From Planctomycetota bacterium (lineage in GTDB: Bacteria > Planctomycetota > MHYJ01 > JACPRB01): DNA of 54,761 nt. The notes beneath the pieces were generated by a model. That model was not told the origin of the DNA. It did no database searches and worked only from the letters and a program-made list of their open reading frames with translations. The stretch lies in assembly GCA_016190155.1 (NCBI GenBank), contig JACPRB010000082.1, positions 1-54,761 of the forward strand, given 5' to 3'. Shown here one piece after another: positions 7,723-16,466 of the stretch. A program made the position numbers and the translations under genes. Within the stretch, counting starts at the first letter, position 1, and each line of letters opens with the position of its first letter.

Positions 7723-8688
7723 TTATCGGCGTGGGGCGGGCAACACTTGAGTCGCCAGCGCGCGAACGGCGCGTTTGAGCGCGGCGACGGGGTGACGCAT
7801 CGGATCCGGATGGTGCGCGATCATCTCCTCGACGGGCACGCCCGGGTCGATCATGCGGCGTCCGCAGACGATCGCCACGGGCGCGGGCGAGACGCGCAGC
7901 ACCTCGCCGACGATCTTGCCCGCCAGCGAGGTCTCGTCAAGACAGCCTTCGCCGGTGATGACGAGGTCCGCCCCGCGGGCGCGCGGCCGGAAGCGGACGA
8001 GGCGCAGGATGGCGGGCGCGCCTGGGACGAGTCGGGCGCCGATGGACGCCAGCCCGCCCGCCAGTCCCCCGGCGGCTCCGGCCCCCGCCATCCGCCACAC
8101 CCGACGGGGCAGCGTTCGCATGCGCGCGTCGAGCTCGGGCATCATCTCGGGCGTCGCGCCCTTTTGGGGTCCGAAGATCCTCGGCGCGTCGAGCAGCCGC
8201 GTCTGGACGTCGCACAGCACCGTGACGTCGCGCGCGTGGTCGAGCACGTCGAGGGCGCCGCGGCCGGCGTCGACGGTGGCGCTGCCGCCCGCGCCCACGA
8301 GGATCCGTCGGGCGCCCGCGCGGCGTGCCGCGAGGATCAACTCGCCGGTCCCGCGCGTCGAGGCGCGCAGCGGATCGCGCTTCTGGGGAGGGACGAGGCG
8401 CAGGCCGCAGGCGTCGGCCATCTCGATGACGGCGGTGCGTCCGGCGAGGAGGAGACGCGCCCACACGGGTTGGCCGAGGGGACCCGTGACGCGGCGGCGA
8501 AGCATGCGCCCTCCCAGGGCGGCGTGGAGGCAATCGAGCGTGCCGTCGCCGCCGTCGGCGACGGGGATGATGATGACGCGGTGAGGCCGAAGGGCCGCGG
8601 CGATGGCCCGGGCGGCTTTCGCTGGGGTGAGCGTTTCCTTGAAGGCGGTCGGTGCCGCGACGACGGTGATCAGTTCTTGCTGAGCCAT
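7723..8688 (-). CDS. glycerate kinase family protein
   Basis: C-terminal 321 aa of fused track ORF 7723..9843(-). VADGGDGT, GAGGSATVDAGRG, VLCDVQ, GPQKGA, GAGAAGGLAGGL and ADLVITGEGCLDETSLAGK are glycerate kinase family signatures. ATG at 8688. Confidence 0.85.
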   Translation of the reverse strand: MAQQELITVVAAPTAFKETLTPAKAARAIAAALRPHRVIIIPVADGGDGTLDCLHAALGGRMLRRRVTGPLGQPVWARLLLAGRTAVIEMADACGLRLVPPQKRDPLRASTRGTGELILAARRAGARRILVGAGGSATVDAGRGALDVLDHARDVTVLCDVQTRLLDAPRIFGPQKGATPEMMPELDARMRTLPRRVWRMAGAGAAGGLAGGLASIGARLVPGAPAILRLVRFRPRARGADLVITGEGCLDETSLAGKIVGEVLRVSPAPVAIVCGRRMIDPGVPVEEMIAHHPDPMRHPVAALKRAVRALATQVLPAPRR

Positions 8689-9860
8689 TCCTGCCACAGG
8701 GTCCTGACGGTGGCGCGGTTGTCTTCGCGCGGCATCGGCGTGGAATGGCCCGTGAGATGTTGGAGGGCGGCCGTCGCGGCGCGACTGATTCCGAGGTCCT
8801 CGTGCATGATGTACTCGACCAGCTTCGGATAGGCGTCGCGACCCATCCGCTTGAGCATCTCCATGGCCTGGCCTTCCGGCCGGGTCGGTTCGTCGTACCC
8901 GCCCCCGGGGCGCAGATCCTGCATCAATCTCTCCCAATCGACGTTCTTCGGATCGATGGGGGCGTGGACCACTTTGAGGGGGCCCAGCTTGTCGCGATTC
9001 TTCGGATACCAGATGAACGACCAGAACTCGAACTCCGAGGCGCGGTAGCGCGCGGAATTGACCAGGGCCAAGTTCACCGGATTGCGTTGCGTTTCCTCGT
9101 TGCGGAGCTCCTTCTCCTCGCAGAACAGGTGCATCGCGTCGAACGCGGAGCGCGCGAGCGTCTCGTCGTCGCCGGCGAGGAGATTGATGACCGGTGCCAG
9201 GTAGCGTTCGGCCTTGGCGACGATGGCTCGATGGTCGCGCTTGCGAAGGAGGTCTTCGGCTTCCTTGGCGACGGCGGGTTCGACGGCGATCGGCTTGGCT
9301 TCGGGATCGACGAGTCGAGTCGCGCCGGGCTCCCACTGAGCGGGCGCTTCGTAGGTGCCGGCCTCCGTCTTCCGAAGGGAAGGGGGTTTCTTGTCGGCGG
9401 GCTTTGCGGGTTCCTCGGGCGTCTCGGGTTCGGGAGGAGGCGCGGTTACGCGCGCCGATCGGCCCGAGGTCGCCGGCTCGGTCTTCCGATCGTTCTTCGG
9501 GGATTGGGAGAAGTCGGAGATCAGGAAGATCATCACGCCGAAGATCGTCACGGCCCCGGCGACCATGACGATGACCAGGGGCGTCGTGTTGGAGCGCCGT
9601 CGGGCGCGGCGTGCCGTGCTGTGGCCGCCGCGGCTGGTCGGTTTGGCCGTGGCCATCTTGTGGAAGATAGGGGTTGCGTGGCGCATCGGGTCGGGCTTGC
9701 CTTCGGGGACCGCGGCCGCCTTGACCGGCACGCGTTCCGTTTCGCCCGTCGGGACGCGCATCGAGACGCCGCATTGGGGGCACGGGATGATCGCGCCTTT
9801 CTCGAGCGTTCCGGCGTCCAAGGAGAACCGGCACCGCGGACACTTGATCTGTTTGGCCAT
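8670..9860 (-). CDS. membrane-anchored Zn-ribbon protein with HEAT-like C-terminal domain (hypothetical)
   Basis: N-terminal CPRC...CPQC zinc ribbon, one TM helix (TPLVIVMVAGAVTIFGVMIFLI), a Pro/Glu-rich linker, then a helical-repeat C-terminus. Confidence 0.65.
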   Translation of the reverse strand: MAKQIKCPRCRFSLDAGTLEKGAIIPCPQCGVSMRVPTGETERVPVKAAAVPEGKPDPMRHATPIFHKMATAKPTSRGGHSTARRARRRSNTTPLVIVMVAGAVTIFGVMIFLISDFSQSPKNDRKTEPATSGRSARVTAPPPEPETPEEPAKPADKKPPSLRKTEAGTYEAPAQWEPGATRLVDPEAKPIAVEPAVAKEAEDLLRKRDHRAIVAKAERYLAPVINLLAGDDETLARSAFDAMHLFCEEKELRNEETQRNPVNLALVNSARYRASEFEFWSFIWYPKNRDKLGPLKVVHAPIDPKNVDWERLMQDLRPGGGYDEPTRPEGQAMEMLKRMGRDAYPKLVEYIMHEDLGISRAATAALQHLTGHSTPMPREDNRATVRTLWQEWLSKN

Positions 9861-9917
9861 CGTGTCCCCTCCTGTCGACCCGCCCCGACGGGGTGATTAT
9901 AGGGCGAGTCGGCGGTG

Positions 9918-9960
9918 CCGTTCAAAGGTTCGATCGTTCGACCGTTCAGCGGTTCAAAGG
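9918..9960. repeat. short GTTCAnnGGTTCG-type intergenic repeat cluster
   Basis: ccgttcaaaggttcgatcgttcgaccgttcagcggttcaaagg. Same unit family as at 20037, 24073 and 25475. Confidence 0.5.
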
Positions 9961-10940
9961 AGCGCGGCCGTCGCCCGCGTCATCTCGCAGGCGACGCGGA
10001 TCGCCCCGGCCATGGGGGCGGGATCGGCCTTGCCGGTGCCGGCGATGTCGAACGCGGTCCCGTGGTCGACGGACGTGCGGATGTAGGGCAGGCCGAGCGT
10101 CACGTTCGTGGCCGCCCGGTCGAGCGTCTTGACGGGGCCGAGCGCCTGGTCGTGATACATGCAGACGGCGGCGTCGAAGGCGCCGTCGAGCACGCGCCGG
10201 AAGATCGTGTCTCCTGGAAGCGGGCCGGCGACGCGCAAGCCGCGGGACTTGGCCGTTTCGATCGCGGGGGCGATGACGTCGATTTCCTCGCGGCCGAATT
10301 GTCCGCCCTCGCCCGCGTGAGGATTGAGACCGCTGACCGCGAGGCGAGGCTCCAGGACGCCGAAATAGCGCCGCAGGCCTTCGCCGGTGATCTCGAGGGT
10401 CGAGACGATCCGATCCGCGGTCAGCGCCATGGCGATCTTGCGCACGGCGAGATGTGTGGTGACGAGGGAGACGCGCAGCTTCCGCGACGTGAAGAACATG
10501 ACGGGATGCTTCACGTGCGCGCGGGCCGCGAGGTATTCCGTGTGGCCGATGAACGGCACGCCGGTCTCGGCGATGTGGCGTTTGGAGACGGGCGCGGTGG
10601 CGACGGCGTCGACCTTGCGCGACATCGCCAGATCCATCGCCAGGTCGATGGCCGCGAGCGCGGCACGTCCCGTCTCGGGAGACGGATGTCCGGGCGCGGG
10701 GGTCATGTCCTCGGCGACGGACCAGAGATTCACGGCGTGTTCCTCGCATTGCTCGACCGCCGAGACGCGGCGGATCTCGAGGCGCAGCCCCGATCGTTCG
10801 GCGGCGGTCCGGAGCACCTTCTCGCTGCCGATGACGAGGACCTTCGCGTCGGGAAGACGCGCGTCTCCGGCCAGGGCGCGGGCGACGACTTCCGGGCCGA
10901 TGCCGGCGGGATCGCCCAGCGTTATGGCGATGGTGCGCAT
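9954..10940 (-). CDS. pdxA: 4-hydroxythreonine-4-phosphate dehydrogenase PdxA
   Basis: MRTIAITLGDPAGIGPEVV...GHTEYLA...SVDHGTAFDIAGTGKADP are PdxA family signatures. Confidence 0.9.
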   Translation of the reverse strand: MRTIAITLGDPAGIGPEVVARALAGDARLPDAKVLVIGSEKVLRTAAERSGLRLEIRRVSAVEQCEEHAVNLWSVAEDMTPAPGHPSPETGRAALAAIDLAMDLAMSRKVDAVATAPVSKRHIAETGVPFIGHTEYLAARAHVKHPVMFFTSRKLRVSLVTTHLAVRKIAMALTADRIVSTLEITGEGLRRYFGVLEPRLAVSGLNPHAGEGGQFGREEIDVIAPAIETAKSRGLRVAGPLPGDTIFRRVLDGAFDAAVCMYHDQALGPVKTLDRAATNVTLGLPYIRTSVDHGTAFDIAGTGKADPAPMAGAIRVACEMTRATAALL

Positions 10941-10949
10941 GGGCCGGGG

Positions 10950-11684
10950 CTATTTGAGGAGCGTTTCGGGCAGTTCGAAGTTGGAGTGGACCTTCTGGAC
11001 GTCGTCGTTGTCCTCGAGAGCGTCCAGCAGGGAGATGAGCTTGCGTCCGGTGTCTTCGTCCACTTCGACGCGGTTCTTGGGCATCATCGCGATCTCCGCG
11101 GACTCGACCTTGTATTTCTTGGCGAGCGCGTCTTTGACTTTCGCGAAATCCGTCGGGGCGCAGGTGATCTCGAAGTAGTCGCCGCTCTTCTCCATGTTGT
11201 CGGCGCCCGCGTCGAGGACGTCGCCCATGAGCTCGTCTTCATTGATGCCGGCGATGGGGATGTTCATCACGCCTTTGCGCTCGAACATGAAGGCCACGCA
11301 CCCGGCGGTGCCGAGGTTGCCCGCGTGCGTCTCGAAGATCTTCCGGATCTCGTGCGCCGATCGGTTGCGGTTGTCGGTGAGCGCGTCGACCATGACGGCG
11401 ACGCCGCCGGGTCCGTATCCTTCGTAAGCGACTTCCTCGAACATGACGCCTTCGAGTTCGCCGGTTCCGCGCTTGATGGCGCGATCGATCGTGTCGCGCG
11501 GCATGTTCACGGCGCGCGCCGATTCGATGGCGTACAGCAGCTTGATGTTGTTGGCGGGATCGCCGCCGCCTTGGCGCGCGGCCATGATGATGAGCCGCGA
11601 CACCTTGGAGAAAGCCTTGCCCTTCTTGGCGTCGGCCGCTCCCTTCTTGTGCTTGATGGTCGCCCAGTGTGAATGTCCCGACAT
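10950..11684 (-). CDS. YebC/PmpR family DNA-binding transcriptional regulator
   Basis: MSGHSHWATIKHKKGAADAKKGKAFSK... is the invariant YebC N-terminus. Length is 244 aa. Confidence 0.95.
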   Translation of the reverse strand: MSGHSHWATIKHKKGAADAKKGKAFSKVSRLIIMAARQGGGDPANNIKLLYAIESARAVNMPRDTIDRAIKRGTGELEGVMFEEVAYEGYGPGGVAVMVDALTDNRNRSAHEIRKIFETHAGNLGTAGCVAFMFERKGVMNIPIAGINEDELMGDVLDAGADNMEKSGDYFEITCAPTDFAKVKDALAKKYKVESAEIAMMPKNRVEVDEDTGRKLISLLDALEDNDDVQKVHSNFELPETLLK

Positions 11685-11713
11685 GCGCGGCTCCGTCTCT
11701 TCTATTGCGAGGG

Positions 11714-11743
11714 ATTATAGGCGCGCCGTTCGTGGAGTGTCAA
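11714..11743 (-). promoter_or_regulatory. sigma70-type promoter for the YebC-family gene
   Basis: The minus strand reads TTGACA-18 nt-TATAAT about 30 nt upstream of the ATG at 11684. Confidence 0.55.
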
Positions 11744-11751
11744 CGCGCGAA

Positions 11752-11780
11752 TTGACGCGTGCGCTCGGGGCGCGTAGACT
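11752..11780 (+). promoter_or_regulatory. sigma70-type promoter; implies a leaderless mRNA for the M20D gene
   Basis: TTGACG-17 nt-TAGACT. The -10 ends 8 nt before ATG 11789. Confidence 0.5.
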
Positions 11781-11788
11781 GCCGCGGC

Positions 11789-12967
11789 ATGACGACACGC
11801 GAATGGGATGTTGCTTCGGAAGCGAGATCGCACGCGGCGGAACTCGTCGCGTTGCGGCGGTTGATCCACCGGTATCCCGAGCCCGGTTTCAAGGAGGAGC
11901 GTACCTCCGCGCTCATCGAACGGAGCCTCAGAGGTTTCGGGGTCGAGACGAAGCGTCTGTGCGGCACGGGTCTCGTCGGTCTCGTTCGCGGCGCGAAGCC
12001 GGGGCCGACCCTGCTCGTGCGGGCGGACATCGACGCGCTGCCGGTGCTGGAGGAGAACCGCGTTCCGTATCGCTCGCGGGTTCCGGGCATGATGCACGCC
12101 TGAGGGCATGACGGGCATGTGGCCATCGGTCTGATGGCCGCGAAGATCCTGGCGAAGCGCCGTTCGATGTTGGCGGGAAACGTGAAGTTCATGTTCCAGC
12201 CGGCGGAGGAGGGGCCGGGAGGCGCCAAGCCGATGATCGAGGCGGGTCTTCTGGAAAGACCGAGGGTCGACATGGCGTTCGCGCTTCATATGTGGAACGA
12301 CCTGAAAGTCGGCCGGGTGGGCGTGCGTCCCGGGCCGGTGATGGCGGGTGCGGATGAATGGAAGGTGACGATTCAGGGTCGCGGGGGGCACGGCGCGGCG
12401 CCGCATCAGACGATCGATCCGGTCGTGATCGCGTCGCACGTGGTGGTCGCGCTGCAGACGATCGTGAGCCGGAAGGTGGATCCCATCAAGTCGGCGGTCG
12501 TGACGGTGGGGCAGATTCAAGGGGGGAATCGGTTCAACATCATCCCGGACAGCGCCGTGCTGGTGGGCACGGTGCGGGCGCTCGAGGAGAAGGTGCGCCT
12601 GCGGGTGAGGCGCGAGGTGCACAAGATCGCCGCGGGCGTGGCGGCGTCGTTCGGCGCGCGCGCGGTCGTCGAGTACGACGACGGGTACCCGCCGACGGTG
12701 AACGATGCGAGGGCGACGGCGCTGATGCGGGCGGCGGCCGCGGAAGCGGTGGGGGAGAGGAACGTTGTCGAGCAGGACGTCACCATGGGTGCGGAGGACA
12801 TGTCGTACGTGCTCAAGGAGGTTCCCGGGTGCTTCTGGATGCTGGGGTCGGCGAATCCGGCGAAGGGGCTGAATCACCCGCACCATAGCGCGCGGTTTGA
12901 TTTCGACGAGCGGGCGCTGCCGATCGGACTGGAGATCTGGCTGCGGTTGGCGGGACCGCGGATTTAG
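11789..12967 (+). CDS. M20D-family amidohydrolase (hippurate hydrolase / N-acyl-amino acid amidohydrolase-like) with one in-frame TGA at 12101-12103
   Basis: Track ORFs 11759..12103 and 12119..12967 are in the same frame, separated only by the TGA. The read-through sequence is ...RADIDALPVLEENRVPYRSRVPGMMHA[TGA]GHDGHVAIGLMAAKIL...FMFQPAEEGPGGAK..., the M20D MHACGHD / QPAEE pattern. Confidence 0.8.
12119..12141 (+). other. hairpin 15 nt downstream of the in-frame TGA (candidate bacterial SECIS)
   Basis: GUGGCCAUC-GGUCU-GAUGGCCGC: a 9-bp stem (one G-U pair) and a 5-nt loop starting GGU. Confidence 0.35.
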
Positions 12968-13046
12968 CGGATTCCAGCGGATTTCACGGATTTGAGGTGA
13001 GCGAGCGGAGCCCCTGGACAGGCTCGGGGGAAGCCTTGTGGTGCGG

Positions 13047-13532
13047 CTACACGTCTCGCACTGAATCCCACCGGAAGTTCGGATTGATCGTGGCGCGCAG
13101 GTGTTCTTCCATCGCGCTGTTCCACCCCGCCACGTATCCGGGATTGGCGTAGCCTTGGTTGGCGTGCATGTCCGCAACGACTCCGCCGCAGCGCGGGCAC
13201 TTGAGGCTGTCCGCGGCCCAGTTGTATTCCTGGCGCGTCATGCAGCGGGGGCACGTCGCGATGCGCACGCTCACGATTGCGCCGGTCTCTTCCCACAGCT
13301 TGCCTTCCGCCACGGCTCGTTGCGCGCCGACCCGGCCGGACTCCCACTCGTCTTTCCAGAGGTTGAGGTCGAGACGGGCCATCTCCTCGTCCTTCACGCT
13401 GCGGCTGCGGAACCAGCTGATCATGCCCGCCGCGCCGCGGATGGAGTCGTGGCACGCCTCCAGCGCCAGGGCGTACATCCATTCCGGCGCGTCGATGCGC
13501 CTCTTGAGGCGTTCAAGGGCTTTGGGATCCAT
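13047..13532 (-). CDS. hypothetical protein with C-terminal CPRC...CPRC zinc ribbon
   Basis: Clean 161-aa ORF with non-repetitive composition. CPRCMTRQEYNWAADSLKCPRCGG. Confidence 0.55.
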   Translation of the reverse strand: MDPKALERLKRRIDAPEWMYALALEACHDSIRGAAGMISWFRSRSVKDEEMARLDLNLWKDEWESGRVGAQRAVAEGKLWEETGAIVSVRIATCPRCMTRQEYNWAADSLKCPRCGGVVADMHANQGYANPGYVAGWNSAMEEHLRATINPNFRWDSVRDV

Positions 13533-13600
13533 CGCTAACTATTATAGTCCACGCCTCGGGGAATGCTTTGGATTCTTTCCGTTGGGACGCTTCACGGCGT

Positions 13601-14536
13601 ATGATCGCGAGCATGGCGGAGCTCCGGAACGAATTCAGCTGGTCCCGGTCGCGCGCCAAGATGTTCGAGGATTGCTCGCGGCGCTATTGGTTCCACTATT
13701 ATGGATCGTGGGGTGGCTGGGACGAGTCCGCCGCGCCCCGCGTGCGTGAGGCGTATATCTTGAAGCGCCTGCAGACGCGATGGATGTGGGTCGGCGACGT
13801 CGTGCACGGCATCGTCGAGCAAGTGCTGACCGGCGCGCGCTTCGGCGAGACGATCTCCGAGGAAGAGGCCGCGCGGCGCGGGCTCGAGAAGATGCGGCGG
13901 GATTTCCGCGAGTCGCGCGAGCGGCAGTATCGCAAGCGTCCCAAGAAGGCGTGCGGTCTGTTCGAGCACGAATACGATTCGCCGATCTCGGACGCCGAAT
14001 GGCGCGAGGCCGCCGATCACATGAAGGCGTGCGTCGGCAATTTCTATCGATCGCCCTACCATGCGTTTCTTCCCAAGCTGCCGCGCGGGTCGTGGTTGCC
14101 GATCGAGGAGCTGAGCTCGTTCTTCCTGGACGACATCAAGGTCTTCGTCAAGCCGGACGCGGCGTTCCGCAGCGGGCCGGAGACGGTGGAGATCATCGAT
14201 TGGAAGACCGGACGCGCGGATCGGGAGGCCGATCCGGTGCAGCTGGCGTGCTACTCCGCCTACGCCGTCGAGAAGCGCTGGGTGCGGGCGATCGGGGACG
14301 TGACGACGACGGAGTACAATTTGGCGACGGGGCGGGCGCTGGAGAGCCAGATGACGGAGGAGAGGCTGGCGCAGGTGAAGGTGGAGATCCGCGCCAGCGC
14401 GGCGGCCATGCGGGAGCCGCTGGACGATCGCGAGCGGAACATCGCGCGGGAGGAGCGGTTTCCGGCGACGACGGATCCGAGGGCGTGTCGCGGGTGCAAC
14501 TTCCGGAGGATTTGTCCGGAGGCGAAGGAAGGGTAG
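13601..14536 (+). CDS. PD-(D/E)XK nuclease, Cas4/AddB-like with a four-Cys (Fe-S type) arrangement
   Basis: N-terminal Cys (FEDCSRRYWFHYY), a D...IIDWKTG (D-EXK-like) core, QLACYSAY (QxxxY), and C-terminal CRGCNFRRIC = CX2CX5C. The start is uncertain (13568 TTG, 13601 ATG, 13613 ATG). Confidence 0.7.
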   Translation: MIASMAELRNEFSWSRSRAKMFEDCSRRYWFHYYGSWGGWDESAAPRVREAYILKRLQTRWMWVGDVVHGIVEQVLTGARFGETISEEEAARRGLEKMRRDFRESRERQYRKRPKKACGLFEHEYDSPISDAEWREAADHMKACVGNFYRSPYHAFLPKLPRGSWLPIEELSSFFLDDIKVFVKPDAAFRSGPETVEIIDWKTGRADREADPVQLACYSAYAVEKRWVRAIGDVTTTEYNLATGRALESQMTEERLAQVKVEIRASAAAMREPLDDRERNIAREERFPATTDPRACRGCNFRRICPEAKEG

Positions 14537-14568
14537 CCTAGTTTTGGGGTTAATGGAGGGCCGTTGTC

Positions 14569-16461
14569 ATGAAGTTGGGTTTGGCCATGATGGTGACGGT
14601 GTCTCTTCTGCTCGGGTGCATCGACTCGGAGGAGACGTTCACGATTAATCCGGACGGCACAGGCAATGTCGTTGTGCGATGGATAGGGGCGTTTGATGCG
14701 AAGTTGCTGTTTATAGAGGTTGTAAACGTGGACGAGGCTCTGGGACTCATGACTCGTAATGAATTGGTCGAGTCCGAGGGCGTGGACTGCTGGAAAGACG
14801 TTTCCTGGCGTCTGCTGGATGACGGGCGATACGAGTTCAAGGGCACGGCTTACTTCAGAGACTTCTCAAAACTCAGGCTGCACCACATGAATCTGAATGA
14901 AGGGTGGTCGGCATTCGCCCTGTCGAGGGACAAGGAAGGGAACCTCCTCATTGAGGCTCGCAAGTCGGATGAAACGCCCAAAGAGCTCACGGAGGATGAT
15001 CTCAAGAAGGAGATGCGCCAAGCGCGCTATCATTATCAGCAAGTGCGCCGTGTGAGCAAGGTGTTCCTGGAGGACTTCCGCTGTAGAATAAGGATTCGCT
15101 TGCCGGGTGAAATCGGCAACCTTACGGCTTGGAAGAGGGACGGGGATAGGGGCGCCGAGCTTCTCCTCGACGGTCCTCGCGTGCTGGAAGCCTTGGATGA
15201 GACGGTGAAGAGCGACGAAAAACTTCGCGAGGCAATTCGGCGCGGATGGAAGGTCTGTTGGGGCTTGCCCTGGGACAAGGACGAGATGCCGGACGGCTCG
15301 CTCTTCTGGGCGGAAGGTTGGCCTCGACTGGCGACCCAGGGTAAACTCGCGCCGCTGTTCGATTATGATCAAGAAGTTACGGAGGAAGCTCGGCAGGCGT
15401 ACCGCGCGCTCCTGCAACAGTTACCGGTCGCCGATCCCTTGGCCTTTACGAAGAAGAAAGAGGAGAAGCCGGTCGCGCTCGATTCGCTCCTCAGGAAGAC
15501 GGTGAGCGTGGATGTGTCCGGGCCGCAGCTGATTCGCGCGGGTTGCGTCGTGGATCGGGAGGCGCGCGAGGCGATGGCTGGCGCGGCTTCCGAGCAAGGA
15601 TATCGCTACGCGCTCTTGTGGGACGGAGGGGCCGAGACGAGCCGGGGCGACGAGAGCGGCCAGGAGTTTACGCTCAAACTCGAGGGGGCGCGAATCACCC
15701 ATTTCTCCATGAGGAGGAGCGATGGAAGCCAGTTGTCTGTTGAATTGGGACCTTTCGGCCGAACCATCGCGTGGATCCAGAATCCGGTGAAGTTGTGGAG
15801 CGCCTTGTTGACCCGCACGATCGCGGAGGGACACCTCATCATCATCCGCGGCACCGAATGTGTGGCGCGTAGCTGGAAGTCGTTCGATGAAGCGCTGCAC
15901 AAGCATGTCTCGGAGTTCGGAGAGTTCGTGGGGGCGCTCAAGTCGTTTCCTGTGCATGTGGAGCCGGCCTTCGTCGATCCCGCGGCGATCGAGGTGGCGC
16001 TCCTGTGGGATCAATTCCCCGAAGAGAAACTGGTGGCGAGGTTGATGCAGGGGATCGAAGCTCTGGACGCCAAGGACGTGGGTGCCCGTGAAAGCGCGGT
16101 GATGGCGCTGAAGAAGCTGCTGACGGAAAACGTAGCACTCGCGCGATATTTCCCGCGCATCGAGGAGAGGATCAGTCGCGACCCGGAGGTACAATCGCGG
16201 GTGCGCGAAGTGCTGAGCTCCGTCGAGGACATCGACGCCATTCGCTTTGCAGCGCAGCGAGCCTTGGATCACGATCTATCGTTCCTCGGCGCCCTCGTTG
16301 AATCCGGAAATCCGGATTGGCGAGCGGGAGCCCGAGAGCGATTGGAGGCGATCACGGGAGTGACGTTCGATACGCGTGAGTCGTTCGACTGCTGGTATCA
16401 AGCCGTCGGGCGGAAGATGCGTTGGGACGAACAGATCGGCAGATACGTTAAAACGCAGTAG
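14569..16461 (+). CDS. large lipoprotein, hypothetical, HEAT-like C-terminal region
   Basis: MKLGLAMMVTVSLLLGC lipobox. 630 aa with no catalytic motif recognised. Confidence 0.6.
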   Translation: MKLGLAMMVTVSLLLGCIDSEETFTINPDGTGNVVVRWIGAFDAKLLFIEVVNVDEALGLMTRNELVESEGVDCWKDVSWRLLDDGRYEFKGTAYFRDFSKLRLHHMNLNEGWSAFALSRDKEGNLLIEARKSDETPKELTEDDLKKEMRQARYHYQQVRRVSKVFLEDFRCRIRIRLPGEIGNLTAWKRDGDRGAELLLDGPRVLEALDETVKSDEKLREAIRRGWKVCWGLPWDKDEMPDGSLFWAEGWPRLATQGKLAPLFDYDQEVTEEARQAYRALLQQLPVADPLAFTKKKEEKPVALDSLLRKTVSVDVSGPQLIRAGCVVDREAREAMAGAASEQGYRYALLWDGGAETSRGDESGQEFTLKLEGARITHFSMRRSDGSQLSVELGPFGRTIAWIQNPVKLWSALLTRTIAEGHLIIIRGTECVARSWKSFDEALHKHVSEFGEFVGALKSFPVHVEPAFVDPAAIEVALLWDQFPEEKLVARLMQGIEALDAKDVGARESAVMALKKLLTENVALARYFPRIEERISRDPEVQSRVREVLSSVEDIDAIRFAAQRALDHDLSFLGALVESGNPDWRAGARERLEAITGVTFDTRESFDCWYQAVGRKMRWDEQIGRYVKTQ

Positions 16462-16466
16462 CCCGG

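Noticed and set aside
7723-9843. 706-aa ORF spanning the glycerate kinase and upstream gene
   Set aside because: Only the last 321 aa look like a real protein (glycerate kinase). The upstream 385 aa are Arg/Pro-rich and overlap, in another frame, the coherent Zn-ribbon/TM/HEAT ORF 8670..9860.
9915-11672. 585-aa plus-strand ORF, and similar long antisense ORFs: 11702..13177(-), 17745..19205(+), 30868..32586(-), 32340..34091(-), 34259..36148(+), 41071..42453(+), 47866..49974(-), 50823..52256(-), 53638..54636(-), 5270..6595(-), 25600..26715(-)
   Set aside because: Each lies antisense to a gene with unmistakable family motifs (pdxA/yebC, M20D, sdhA, purB, GT2, giant protein, TPR, pnp, secretin, clpC, ruvA, ArnT-like). 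Each also has the Arg/Gly/Asp/His-rich composition typical of shadow ORFs in GC-rich DNA.
12101-12103. Possibility that TGA is globally reassigned (code 4/25-like) in this organism
   Set aside because: Many well-supported genes in the window terminate at TGA, including ATGA-coupled junctions at 862-864, 3624-3626, 19160-19162 and 45421-45423. TGA is therefore a normal stop, and the 12101 codon is a local event.
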